From an uncultured Candidatus Saccharibacteria bacterium (GTDB lineage: Bacteria > Patescibacteriota > WWE3 > 9FT-COMBO-53-11), in contig CAYGCK010000001.1 of the NCBI GenBank assembly GCA_964348395.1, forward strand, positions 85,018-149,017: a DNA stretch of 64,000 nt, given 5' to 3'. Within the stretch, counting starts at the first letter, position 1. Each line of letters starts with the position of its first letter. Both the position numbers and the translations under genes were made by a program. Below, one piece after another: positions 55,389 to 63,882 of this stretch. The notes beneath the pieces are model-generated. The model did no database searches. It saw only the letters and a program-made list of their open reading frames with translations, and was not told where the DNA came from.

Positions 55389-55691
55389 TTAGAAGCGCCT
55401 GCGACCTCTTCGGTCGTTAAACCGCGGACCTTTTGGTCGATCTTCTCTTGGTCTGGCGACGTTGACGGCAATCGTTCTTCCTTCCATCATCGTGCCGTTT
55501 AATTTTTTGATAGCTTCATCGGCCTCGTGATCTTTTTCCATCTCGACAAATCCGAAACCCTTACTCTGGCCTGTGTCTCTGTCGGAAATCACAGTTGCAG
55601 AGGAAACTGCACCAATCTCTGAAAACATCTCTTGGAGTTTGGAATCGGTAACGCTATAAGGAAGCCCTCCGACGAATAATTTCTTAGTCAT
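55389..55691 (-). CDS. RRM-type RNA-binding protein (glycine/arginine-rich tail)
   Basis: RNP-2 LFVGGL and RNP-1 KGFGFVEM. Confidence 0.85.
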   Translation of the reverse strand: MTKKLFVGGLPYSVTDSKLQEMFSEIGAVSSATVISDRDTGQSKGFGFVEMEKDHEADEAIKKLNGTMMEGRTIAVNVARPREDRPKGPRFNDRRGRRRF

Positions 55692-55789
55692 TCAATTATC
55701 ACCACCTTTATTTTTCTGTTTCTGTCTGATCGTGTGGGATAAGCTTTGAGGATATCTTTTACCGAACGAGAGGAAACAAATACTCACGC

Positions 55790-55820
55790 AGTATAGCACA
55801 CCGTTTCTAACCTTGTTTAA
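55790..55820 (-). promoter_or_regulatory. putative extended -10 promoter (TGcTATACT) for the RRM gene
   Basis: The minus strand reads TTAAAC, a 19-nt spacer, then TGCTATACT. The -35 element is weak. Confidence 0.3.
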
Positions 55821-55828
55821 AAGAAAAA

Positions 55829-55857
55829 GGCGGCTTGCGTGGGGGTCGCGAGCCGCC
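55829..55857 (-). terminator. strong rho-independent terminator
   Basis: Minus strand GGCGGCU-(15-nt loop)-AGCCGCC followed by UUUUUCUUUU. Confidence 0.65.
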
Positions 55858-56129
55858 TCGGGTTCCTTGCCGGTACTGTCTTAGGAGTGCACTCCCATCC
55901 GCGAAGATGCTTTTTCCACGTCAGTCTTTAAGTTCCGGCAAGGGTCTACTGGAATCCGCTCTCTCAAGCGGGGATTCTCAGTGGTTGTGGGGTCGCCACA
56001 ACCTTGCTGGCCCGTTCAAGATCCGAGCCGTGGATCCCTTCGGGGCTCGCAACATCCAACCTCTTGGGTGCTGGGAGCTCGAAAGGATGTTTAATTCTAA
56101 CCTTTTTGTCAAACGAACTTTTTTAGGAT
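55829..56129 (-). ncRNA. candidate structured non-coding RNA or long structured 3' UTR (about 300 nt)
   Basis: No credible ORF. Multiple perfect hairpins (GGUUGUGG-CGAC-CCACAACC, CGAGCC...GGCUCG, GGAGUGCACUCC, long-range CCUUGCCGG/CCGGCAAGG). Ends in a terminator. Confidence 0.3.
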
Positions 56130-56942
56130 TTAGGAGATAGCTATATCGCGGCGGTTGAACCAGATGAGGCCGACGATGGTACAGACCAAACCCACCCCTA
56201 GAAAAACCGCTACGGACTCAAGCTCCAAATCGTTCCTAAGGAGGGGGGTGTTGGATTCGAAATAATGGAAGAAGGATAGATACTTGAGGTCTGCCAGGTT
56301 TTCTTTAAGGGCGGCCACCACGTTGACAAAATACATGGCGAGCATCAAAACCGCGGAGACCAGGGTGACCTTGCCCCGGTCGGAGAAGAAGCTGGAGAAC
56401 ATCATGGTTATTCCGAGGAGTGCAAACCCAAAGCACGCCCCCAAAACCGCTAGCGTTAGGTGGTTTTGGAGCTGATAATCGACGTTGTAAATCTCCGCAA
56501 AAGGAACGACCGAGAGTGCAGAGGCGAATACGAAGGTGAGGATTATCACCGCCCCGGCTAGATATTTGCCCAGGAAGAGTTTAGTCCTGGAGATGGGTTG
56601 GGACAGGAGAACCTCAATAGTCCCGTGGTCTATCTCGCCCGCGAGCGCCCCACCGCCAAAGCTTATCGCCAAGATAATAAGAAGGAGAGGCCACATCAGG
56701 CTGTAGTGCTCGCCGCTCAAGAAACCCTCGATGCTTCCTAAGAAGCTTCCTATCTCGATGTTGAAGGCTTTGAGAAACTCCTCGGGGTAAAACTCCACCA
56801 GTGTTTCGGTAAAATTCGCGGCTTGTGTCGAGAAGGAAGGGAACAGGGCGACCAGAAGCCACACCAAAAGAGCCGCCCCCAGCGTGTAGCCGACTATGCT
56901 CCATTTACTCTTTTTGATTGTCTGCAGGATCAAGGCTAGCAT
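56130..56942 (-). CDS. ABC-2 type exporter permease
   Basis: Six TM helices. The start overlaps the upstream ATPase stop. Confidence 0.8.
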   Translation of the reverse strand: MLALILQTIKKSKWSIVGYTLGAALLVWLLVALFPSFSTQAANFTETLVEFYPEEFLKAFNIEIGSFLGSIEGFLSGEHYSLMWPLLLIILAISFGGGALAGEIDHGTIEVLLSQPISRTKLFLGKYLAGAVIILTFVFASALSVVPFAEIYNVDYQLQNHLTLAVLGACFGFALLGITMMFSSFFSDRGKVTLVSAVLMLAMYFVNVVAALKENLADLKYLSFFHYFESNTPLLRNDLELESVAVFLGVGLVCTIVGLIWFNRRDIAIS

Positions 56943-57823
56943 TATCGGTAAAACTCCAAAAACACCTCTTCCAAGCTCTCGGGGATTATCTCGATATCCA
57001 GCAGGGTAAATTCTTTGATTTTATCCAGCACCGGGTTGATGTCTCCTTTAACCCTCAAAACAACTCCGTTTGGCATTTCTTTTATAACCTCCACCCCTGC
57101 CATCTCAAACCCGTCTTTGGGTGCTTTTTTGGCAAACGTCGCGGTGACGTTGTAGATCTTTTTGCCCTTGAGCGCCCGCACGCTGTCTACGGATACGAGC
57201 TTGCCGTTTTTAATAATCCCCACGCGGTTGCAGATGCGCTCCACCTCGCCGAGGTTGTGAGAGGACATAAAAACGGTGGTGCCCTCGGCGGCAAACTTTT
57301 GGAGAATCTCATAGATCTTGTTTTGCAAGAGGGGATCTAGCCCTAACGTTGGCTCATCTAAAATCAAAAGCTCAGGTTGGTGCATGAGGGCTAGAATGAG
57401 GCCAAGCTTTTGCCGGTTTCCGGAGGAGAGGTTTTTGAATTTGGGTTTGACGTCAAAGTCCAGGTCTTTGGCGAGCTTTCGCGCTTGGGAGGGGCCGTTG
57501 AATTTCTCGAAAAATTTAATATGCTCCTGTCCGGTCCAGTTGCTGTAGAGCCGGACATCTCCTGAGAGATAGCCGATGTGCTCCTTGAGTTGAGGGCCGT
57601 CGCGCCTTGCATCGAGGCTGAAGATGGTGATTTGGCCCTCGTCGGGTCTTAGGAAATCCATCATGCAGCGTATGGCGGTGGTCTTGCCGGCGCCGTTGGG
57701 ACCCAAAAACCCGAAGATTTCGCCCTTTTCGACAGAGAAGGAGATGCCGTTTACCGCTTTAGTCTTACCGAAGAATTTCTTGAGGTCCTTGACCTCGATG
57801 ACGCTTTCCTTTTTAGGCACCAA
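56942..57823 (-). CDS. ABC transporter ATP-binding protein
   Basis: Walker A GPNGAGKTT, signature LSSGNRQK, Walker B LLILDEPT. Confidence 0.9.
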   Translation of the reverse strand: MVPKKESVIEVKDLKKFFGKTKAVNGISFSVEKGEIFGFLGPNGAGKTTAIRCMMDFLRPDEGQITIFSLDARRDGPQLKEHIGYLSGDVRLYSNWTGQEHIKFFEKFNGPSQARKLAKDLDFDVKPKFKNLSSGNRQKLGLILALMHQPELLILDEPTLGLDPLLQNKIYEILQKFAAEGTTVFMSSHNLGEVERICNRVGIIKNGKLVSVDSVRALKGKKIYNVTATFAKKAPKDGFEMAGVEVIKEMPNGVVLRVKGDINPVLDKIKEFTLLDIEIIPESLEEVFLEFYR

Positions 57824-57846
57824 GGATATCTTAGCAGGATGGGTTT

Positions 57847-57900
57847 GGGAAAGAAGAAAAGCCCATCAGACCTGCCCGCCTTAGGCGGAGGTGATGGGCT
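57847..57900 (-). terminator. rho-independent terminator
   Basis: Minus strand AGCCCAUCA...UGAUGGGCU with an inner CCGCCUAAGGCGG, followed by UUUUCUUCUUU. Confidence 0.55.
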
Positions 57901-58159
57901 AATCGAGATCGGGTAGGATTGCTCCGACTAGTACCTCTCTGGCGGCGTCGATTCGCTGTTGAATCTCCGCCCGGAGTTTTCTCCTTCTGGCGAGATAGGG
58001 AGGATTCTCCGCCAGCGCCAGCTGGTAGGTCCCCTTGGCGATATGCATGTACTCCAAGGCGGCCTCCCTTTGGCTCTTGCTCAAACCCTCCTGTTCCAGA
58101 AGGTCTTGACCCGCGTTGAAGAAGGTCTCGGCTATCGCCATCTGAAGCGGGACGATCAT
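57899..58159 (-). CDS. hypothetical alpha-helical protein
   Basis: 86-aa ORF followed by a terminator. Confidence 0.45.
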   Translation of the reverse strand: MIVPLQMAIAETFFNAGQDLLEQEGLSKSQREAALEYMHIAKGTYQLALAENPPYLARRRKLRAEIQQRIDAAREVLVGAILPDLD

Positions 58160-58262
58160 CTCTTACCTCCTTTCCCCAGTTATTACTGGAAATGATAGCA
58201 CGATAACATTCGTCTGCCTCCTCTGTTAAACTAATTTTGATGTTGAAGCGTCTTTTCGCTCC

Positions 58263-58350
58263 GGAATCTGGTTTTTCGGAAACGCCGTTCTCGTCTGCTG
58301 ACGAGCCGCCTCGTCCTCGTCGCCTTCGCTTCTGCGGGATGTTCCTCAAA
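58263..58350 (+). promoter_or_regulatory. conserved 5' leader element, copy A (covarying hairpin plus conserved ATG-TTC-CTC-AAA start)
   Basis: Shares UUUUCGGAAACG, hairpin CUCGU-cugcug-ACGAG, CGCCUCGYCCUCGUC and UGCGGGAUGUUCCUCAAA with copy B. Confidence 0.5.
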
Positions 58351-60060
58351 ACCAGTTCCTTCGCTCGGCGTATTCTGCTTTTGATTCTCTTACCCTTACT
58401 CTTTACTCGCGCAGCGTGGGCTCAGGAGAGCTGGGTTATCGAGAGCTTTAACTCCGAAATCTTTATCCCCAAAAATGGCAAGGTGCAGGTTGTCGAGACT
58501 ATCGAGGTCGACTTCTCTGTGGCAAAACACGGGATCTTCCGCACCATTCCTACACAAGGGATTAAGTTTCGCCTTGGGGAGGTCAAGCAGGATGGGACAA
58601 GGGCAATAACCGATGTAGATACCTCCAGCGAAAGAGTCACTGTTAGGATAGGCGACCCCGATGTAACAATCTCAGGGAAGCATAAATATGAAATAGAGTA
58701 TGAGGTTGGTAAGGTTATAACCCGTTTCGACGATCACGACGAGCTCTATTGGGACGTGACCGGTACCGAGTGGGGTGTTTCGATTAGGAAGGCCTCGGCG
58801 ACGGTTGCCTTGGAGGGGACAGTCGTTCAAAACGTGGTCTGCTACACGGGGCGTTTTGGCTCGCAGGCGAGGGACTGTTCTGCCGTGGTTATAGGCGGTG
58901 AGGGAGAGTTTGTAACGGTGGGGGCGCTTTCCGCACGCGAGGGCTTAACCGTCGCAACCGCCTTTCCAACAGGACTGGTTGAGGAACCTTTTTACCTGGA
59001 TGATTTCCTAAAGCCCTACTGGCTTATTCTGGGATCCTTGGCCGCGGTCGCCTATGTCGTTTGGCAGTGGTGGAAGCACGGGCGGGACATGTGGTACAAA
59101 GCGCACGTTGTGGACGACCCCAAGGCCGAGGAAGGTATCAAACCGCTTTTCGCCAAGCGAACCGTGGTCGTGGAGTTTGAACCTCCTTTGGGGTTGAGAC
59201 CCGGAGAGGTAGGTACTCTAGTTGACGAGCGCATCAATATATCCGATATCTCCTCGACCATCGTAGACTTGGCGGTTAGGGGGTACCTAAAGATTATAGA
59301 GAAAGGGGAAGGAAGAAAGAGAAAGTATCGATTTGAAAAGCTAAAGGAGGCCGACGAAAGTCTCAAGGATTGGGAGAGGGAGGTTTTGGAGGGGATTTTC
59401 AAAGGCGACAAGGACAGGGTGGAGCTCGACGCTCTTAAGAATAAGTTTTACCGAAACCTCTCAGGTATCAGGGAAAAGCTCTACGCTGGCCTTACCGACG
59501 CGGGCTACTTTCCCCAGCCCCCGAACAAGGTTATGGCGCGACACGCGGTTAAAGCAGGGGTTCTTTTGGGAGCGACCGCGGTGCTGTTTTATATCTTTAG
59601 CAACATGAACCTTTCCTGGGTTCCGATACCGGTTGCGGTCTTGGGGGTTCTCATGCTCTTGTCCTCCCCCTTGATGCCCCGCAAAACCGGCAAAGGGACG
59701 GAAGCGGTGAGGCGCGCCTCCGGCTTTAAGCTTTTTATCTCGACCGCCCAAAAGTATATGCAACAGTTCAACGAGCGTATAAACAGGTTCGACGAGTTCT
59801 TGCCCTACGCCATGGCTTTTGGGGTAACGAGCAAGTGGGTCAAGACGTTTGAGAAACTGGGGGTCGAACCGCCCAAGCCCTCCTGGTATGTGGGGCCCGG
59901 GCCGTTTAACGCCGCCTCTTTCGCCTCCTCGGTACACGCTATGGAGAGCTCTTTCGCCTCGACCCTTCCCTCGAGCCCCTCCCAAGGTGGGGGGAGCGGA
60001 TTCGGCGGCGGGGGTTTCTCCGGTGGGGGATTCGGCGGCGGGGGCGGCGGGAGTTGGTAG
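58339..60060 (+). CDS. DUF2207-family membrane protein with Gly-rich C-terminal tail
   Basis: Signal peptide MFLKTSSFARRILLLILLPLLFTRAAWA and a DUF2207-like extracellular domain. Several TM helices and the tail GGGSGFGGGGFSGGGFGGGGGGSW. Confidence 0.65.
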   Translation: MFLKTSSFARRILLLILLPLLFTRAAWAQESWVIESFNSEIFIPKNGKVQVVETIEVDFSVAKHGIFRTIPTQGIKFRLGEVKQDGTRAITDVDTSSERVTVRIGDPDVTISGKHKYEIEYEVGKVITRFDDHDELYWDVTGTEWGVSIRKASATVALEGTVVQNVVCYTGRFGSQARDCSAVVIGGEGEFVTVGALSAREGLTVATAFPTGLVEEPFYLDDFLKPYWLILGSLAAVAYVVWQWWKHGRDMWYKAHVVDDPKAEEGIKPLFAKRTVVVEFEPPLGLRPGEVGTLVDERINISDISSTIVDLAVRGYLKIIEKGEGRKRKYRFEKLKEADESLKDWEREVLEGIFKGDKDRVELDALKNKFYRNLSGIREKLYAGLTDAGYFPQPPNKVMARHAVKAGVLLGATAVLFYIFSNMNLSWVPIPVAVLGVLMLLSSPLMPRKTGKGTEAVRRASGFKLFISTAQKYMQQFNERINRFDEFLPYAMAFGVTSKWVKTFEKLGVEPPKPSWYVGPGPFNAASFASSVHAMESSFASTLPSSPSQGGGSGFGGGGFSGGGFGGGGGGSW

Positions 60061-60075
60061 ATTTTCCAAGCTTGG

Positions 60076-60194
60076 GGAATGTCTTTTCGGAAACGTCGTC
60101 TCCTATTGCTGTAGGATCGCCTCGCCCTCGTCACCTACGTTCCTGCGGGATGTTCCTCAAAGACATCTCCCCTGCGCTTCTTTCTTGTCTCTGA
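60076..60194 (+). promoter_or_regulatory. conserved 5' leader element, copy B, with 14-codon uORF MFLKDISPALLSCL, upstream of the PfkB kinase gene
   Basis: About 75% identical to copy A. Hairpin UCCUA-uugcug-UAGGA carries four compensatory pair changes relative to copy A. Confidence 0.5.
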
Positions 60195-60221
60195 TCTCTG
60201 TTCTCTGATATCTTTAAGACA

Positions 60222-61208
60222 ATGCCAAGTCCCGAGGGAATGCCCAATCACTTCGACCTCATAACAATAGGCGACTGTGTGGTCGATATCTTTTCTTTTC
60301 CTCAAGAAGCGGATGTCCATTGTCAACTCCACGGCGACGAGGAGTGTGAGCTGTGTCTGTCTGCAGCGGACAAGGTCCCGAGCAAGGGCTTCTCCCTAAC
60401 CTTCGGCGGAAACGCCGCAAACGTTGCGGTCGGCTCCTCGCGCTTGGGAGTCAAAACCGCGATATACACCCACGTGGGGGAAGATCTTTTTGGCCGCGAG
60501 ATTCTGGAGAACTTTAAGCACGAGGGGGTCGATACCTCGCTCGTAAAGGTTGACAAGGATCAACCGACGAACGTCAATATCATAATCTCTTGGGAGGGGG
60601 AGCGGACCATCCTCTCAAAGCACCAGCCGCGAAAGTACGAGGTCCCCAAAGTCCACGCGCCGTGGGTCTACTTTTCCTCTCTCGCCCCGGGTCACGATTA
60701 CTTCCACGAACCCTTCTTCGCCTACGTTAAAGAGAATCGCGCCAAGGTCGCCTTTAACCCCGGTTCTTATCAGATTAAGGAGGGTCTCAAGGCCTACGCC
60801 AAGCTTCTTAAGATGACCGAGGTTTTGATATTAAACCGGCAGGAGGCGGGGCAGCTTTTGGGGGTGGACCACGCGCTAAAAAACGAGCGCGAGCTTGTCG
60901 CGCGGCTTCACGAACTAGGTCCAAGAATTGTTGTCGTAACCGATGGACCGGCGGGCGCCTACGCCTCCGACGGCGAGAGCTTTCACTTCCAGAAGGCTAC
61001 CAAGAAGCCGGCCAAGGAGAGGACAGGGGCGGGAGACGCTTTCTCGACCGGTTTGACCGCCGCGTTGGTTTTGGAACGAGACCTGCCGACCGCGCTCAAA
61101 TGGGGGACCTTAAACGCCGAGTCGGTGACGCAAGAGGTCGGCGCGCAAGCCGGGCTCCTCAAGCGCAAATCACTTGAAGCACGGGTAAAAAACTTAAATA
61201 ATTTATAG
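60222..61208 (+). CDS. PfkB-family carbohydrate kinase (ribokinase-like)
   Basis: C-terminal motif GAGDAFSTGLTAAL and N-terminal GG motif region. Confidence 0.85.
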   Translation: MPSPEGMPNHFDLITIGDCVVDIFSFPQEADVHCQLHGDEECELCLSAADKVPSKGFSLTFGGNAANVAVGSSRLGVKTAIYTHVGEDLFGREILENFKHEGVDTSLVKVDKDQPTNVNIIISWEGERTILSKHQPRKYEVPKVHAPWVYFSSLAPGHDYFHEPFFAYVKENRAKVAFNPGSYQIKEGLKAYAKLLKMTEVLILNRQEAGQLLGVDHALKNERELVARLHELGPRIVVVTDGPAGAYASDGESFHFQKATKKPAKERTGAGDAFSTGLTAALVLERDLPTALKWGTLNAESVTQEVGAQAGLLKRKSLEARVKNLNNL

Positions 61209-61216
61209 ACTATTGT

Positions 61217-62467
61217 ATGGAGGAACTTGCTAAACTTCTGGGAACCACCAAAGAAAAGCTCGAGACCCTTACGGAGGAGATGGGAGATTTTACCGGGAAA
61301 AAGGACGTTCCTTCTCGGCTTTTGGAGATCGTTAAGGCGGAGAGGGCGCGAGCCCTCGACGAGCTCGGGCTCTCGGAGAACTCTCCTCGAGAGAAGGTTT
61401 TGGAAGCGTTGGCCTCCCGCGTCGAGCTCATAGAGGAGGAGATAAAGAAGGTCCTCGGCGATCCCGATATCCAAAACCACGAGGACATAACGCGGCTCTT
61501 CGAGCGCGCCTTTGAGATCGCCAAACCCAAGAAAGGTTTTTTCCTCAAGGAGGAGAAGGCCCGCGAGCTCTTTCGTAAAAACCCTCCCAAGAACATCCTC
61601 GCGCAAGCGGGTTATGAGAGCGTGGAGGAGATGTTTAAGAATGAGGACTTGCGGGAGGTCTACTCGGCGATACGGTTTTTGGAGGATAGGAAGTGGCAGA
61701 ACGAGGTCTTCTTTGCTCCCGCATCCGACTTTACTCCAGAGGATTTTGAGGAGCGGGAGATCGTTGCGCGCATCCTCGACCCCAAAAAGTGGGGGTCGGA
61801 GGCCCTAAACTTTACCAAGAAGAAGTTCCACAACACGACCCACCTCAAGGAGCTGGGTGTGGTCATCTTGATCCCGGTTGAATATACGGAGGGGGCACTG
61901 ACCCGGCTATTTTCTATGATGTTCCATTATCTAAACGAGGTCTCTTTTTACGCCAAGTATTTTAAGCTCATATCCGAGGAGCCCAAGACTTTCGCCGCCA
62001 AGTTCATCTCCGCCCTCCGAGGCGACGTCCGCGAGGACGCCCCCGCCGTCGAAAACATCGTCTCTTGGGTCATTATGCAACGCTACTTGGCCAAGGAGGA
62101 CCCGGAGGACCCACGTCTCGCCATTCCCCACATCTCGCCCGAGGCGATGCACTGGGCTAAGGCCTCCTCCAACCTGGCAAAGCTTGGGCAAGACGCTCCG
62201 GGCTTGTCGTTTTTCGCGGGCAAGGCACACCTTTGTGGGTTTATGGGCGGCGAGCTTACCTCCTTTAACTTTGAGGACAACGTCTTTTCGCTTGCTGCAG
62301 GGGAGGATACCCCGCAATACACCTACCACGCCCGCGAGGCGCTGTGGAATCGGTTTTTTATGGAATATTTCGAGGGCCGCGAGGACGTCTTGGAGACCTT
62401 GATGGTTGAAGACTTCGGCCAGGGCTTTGTGGGATTCAAGATCCGCGACTCCACCCCCATGGCTTAG
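61217..62467 (+). CDS. hypothetical protein (about 416 aa, soluble)
   Basis: Long ORF with good coding appearance. No recognised domain. Confidence 0.55.
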   Translation: MEELAKLLGTTKEKLETLTEEMGDFTGKKDVPSRLLEIVKAERARALDELGLSENSPREKVLEALASRVELIEEEIKKVLGDPDIQNHEDITRLFERAFEIAKPKKGFFLKEEKARELFRKNPPKNILAQAGYESVEEMFKNEDLREVYSAIRFLEDRKWQNEVFFAPASDFTPEDFEEREIVARILDPKKWGSEALNFTKKKFHNTTHLKELGVVILIPVEYTEGALTRLFSMMFHYLNEVSFYAKYFKLISEEPKTFAAKFISALRGDVREDAPAVENIVSWVIMQRYLAKEDPEDPRLAIPHISPEAMHWAKASSNLAKLGQDAPGLSFFAGKAHLCGFMGGELTSFNFEDNVFSLAAGEDTPQYTYHAREALWNRFFMEYFEGREDVLETLMVEDFGQGFVGFKIRDSTPMA

Positions 62468-62490
62468 GAACACTTCGCGCGAAGTATTCC
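62467..62490. repeat. 24-bp palindrome GGAACACTTCGCGCGAAGTATTCC (copy 2, one mismatch)
   Basis: Lies between convergent 61217..62467 and 62500..62835. The flanking TAAGCC matches copy 1 when inverted. Confidence 0.7.
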
Positions 62491-62499
62491 CAAAGCAGT

Positions 62500-62835
62500 T
62501 TAGCTAGTAAACGTTCGAATAACCTTGTCTATTTCTTTTGATAAGTCAGGATTGATGCGGTATATGACGTGACCTTTGAGACCCTTACTTAGAAGTATCC
62601 CTATCTTTTCCAAATCAACCAAGTTCTTTGACATCCATTTGTAAGAAATTCCTAGCTTTCTTTTGACTTCAGTTACGGTCATGGACTTTTGGGGATAGAG
62701 CATCTTAATTATCTTTATCCGGTTTTCATTACCCAATCCCTTAAATACCTTCGTCCATTCCTTTTCCGACAGTTTTGGAGGCACCATTTGGCGCTGATTG
62801 TACCACCGCTGGACAATTCGCGCGAATTGTCGCAC
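62500..62835 (-). CDS. winged-helix transcriptional regulator (ArsR/HTH-like)
   Basis: HTH region MTVTEVKRKLGISYKWMSKNLVDLEKIGIL. The real start may be the internal Met (MVPPK..). Confidence 0.5.
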   Translation of the reverse strand: MRQFARIVQRWYNQRQMVPPKLSEKEWTKVFKGLGNENRIKIIKMLYPQKSMTVTEVKRKLGISYKWMSKNLVDLEKIGILLSKGLKGHVIYRINPDLSKEIDKVIRTFTS

Positions 62836-62850
62836 AGCAGTGGAAGGTAA

Positions 62851-63882
62851 TTGAAAGGTAGGAAGAAAAACTTATATCCTTATGCTGGCGTGGCGAAAGT
62901 ATTTGTGACAAGAAGAATCCCGGAAGAAGGTTTGAAACTCTTGGAAGGCAAGGTTGATCTCGAGGTTTGGGAGGAGGATCGTGTTATTCCCCGCGAGGTT
63001 CTTCTTGAAAGGGTCAAAGGAATTGATGCGCTTTTGCCTCTCCTGACCGACAAAATTGACGGTGAGATGATGGACGCCGCCGGCTCCGGTCTTAAGGTCA
63101 TCGCCAACTACGCCGTGGGTTACGACAATATCGACGTCAAAGCCGCAATCGAGCGAAAGATTTACGTCGCCAATACCCCCGGTGTTTTGACCGAGGCGGT
63201 CGCCGAGCACACCTTTGCTTTAATGCTTGCAATTGCTCGCCGCATCCCCGAATCCGATCGGTTTACTCGGGCGGGCAAATACGTCGGTTGGGAACCGATG
63301 CTTCTTTTGGGAACGGAGGTCAAGGACAAGGTCTTGGGTGTCGTGGGTTTGGGGCGCATAGGGAGTCGGGTAGCCGAGATGGCGGCCAAGGGGATGGGAA
63401 TGAAGGTTTTCTACCACGACCCCAAGCAGGACCCCGAGTTTGAGAAGGAGTTCGGCGCGGTCTATAAGAAGGAGCTAGACGATCTTCTTAAAGAGGCGGA
63501 CTTCGTTTCCATCCACGTACCACTGCTGCCTGCGACCCGCCACCTGATAAACGCCGATAATCTAAAACTGATGAAAAAAACCGGCTACCTCATAAATACC
63601 TCCCGCGGTCCGGTGGTGGAGGAGAAGGCACTGGTCGAGGCCCTCAAGGCGGGAACCATTCGGGGTGCGGCGCTGGACGTTTTTGAGGAGGAGCCCAAGC
63701 TCGCCCCGGGCTTGTCCGAGCTTGATAACGTGGTTCTGACTCCCCACACCGCCTCGGCCACGGATGAGGCGCGCGGGGCGATGGCGCGCCTTGCGGCCCA
63801 GGCGATTTTGGATGTCTTGGGCGGTAAAGCACCCGAGAATTTGGTCAACAAAGAACTCGCGGGAGGAGGTGAGGTTGAATGA
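62851..63882 (+). CDS. D-isomer-specific 2-hydroxyacid dehydrogenase (glyoxylate/hydroxypyruvate reductase-like)
   Basis: NAD-binding GLGRIGSRVA and catalytic His/Glu/Arg context. The start codon is ambiguous (TTG at 62851 or GTG at 62893). Confidence 0.85.
   Translation: MKGRKKNLYPYAGVAKVFVTRRIPEEGLKLLEGKVDLEVWEEDRVIPREVLLERVKGIDALLPLLTDKIDGEMMDAAGSGLKVIANYAVGYDNIDVKAAIERKIYVANTPGVLTEAVAEHTFALMLAIARRIPESDRFTRAGKYVGWEPMLLLGTEVKDKVLGVVGLGRIGSRVAEMAAKGMGMKVFYHDPKQDPEFEKEFGAVYKKELDDLLKEADFVSIHVPLLPATRHLINADNLKLMKKTGYLINTSRGPVVEEKALVEALKAGTIRGAALDVFEEEPKLAPGLSELDNVVLTPHTASATDEARGAMARLAAQAILDVLGGKAPENLVNKELAGGGEVE

Noticed and set aside
55829-56129. Identification of the structured region as RNase P RNA, SRP RNA, tmRNA or a T-box
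   Set aside because: Lacks GGAAAGUCCGG (CR-I), the SRP GGAAG/AGCAG helix-8 motif, a tRNA-like TTCGA T-loop end plus resume codon, and the AGGGUGGNACCGCG T-box. It is also too short for type A RNase P.
55835-56140. Plus-strand 101-aa ORF across the candidate ncRNA region
   Set aside because: It has no SD, is antisense to the flanking operon direction, and is Arg/Ser/Leu-rich. The region is better explained by minus-strand RNA structure.
58237-58338. N-terminal extension (MMLKRLFAPESGFSETPFSSADEPPRPRRLRFCG) of the DUF2207 protein
   Set aside because: The extension overlaps the conserved leader element. The conserved AUG at 58339 is followed by a canonical signal peptide (MFLKTSSFARRILLLILLPLLFTRAAWA).
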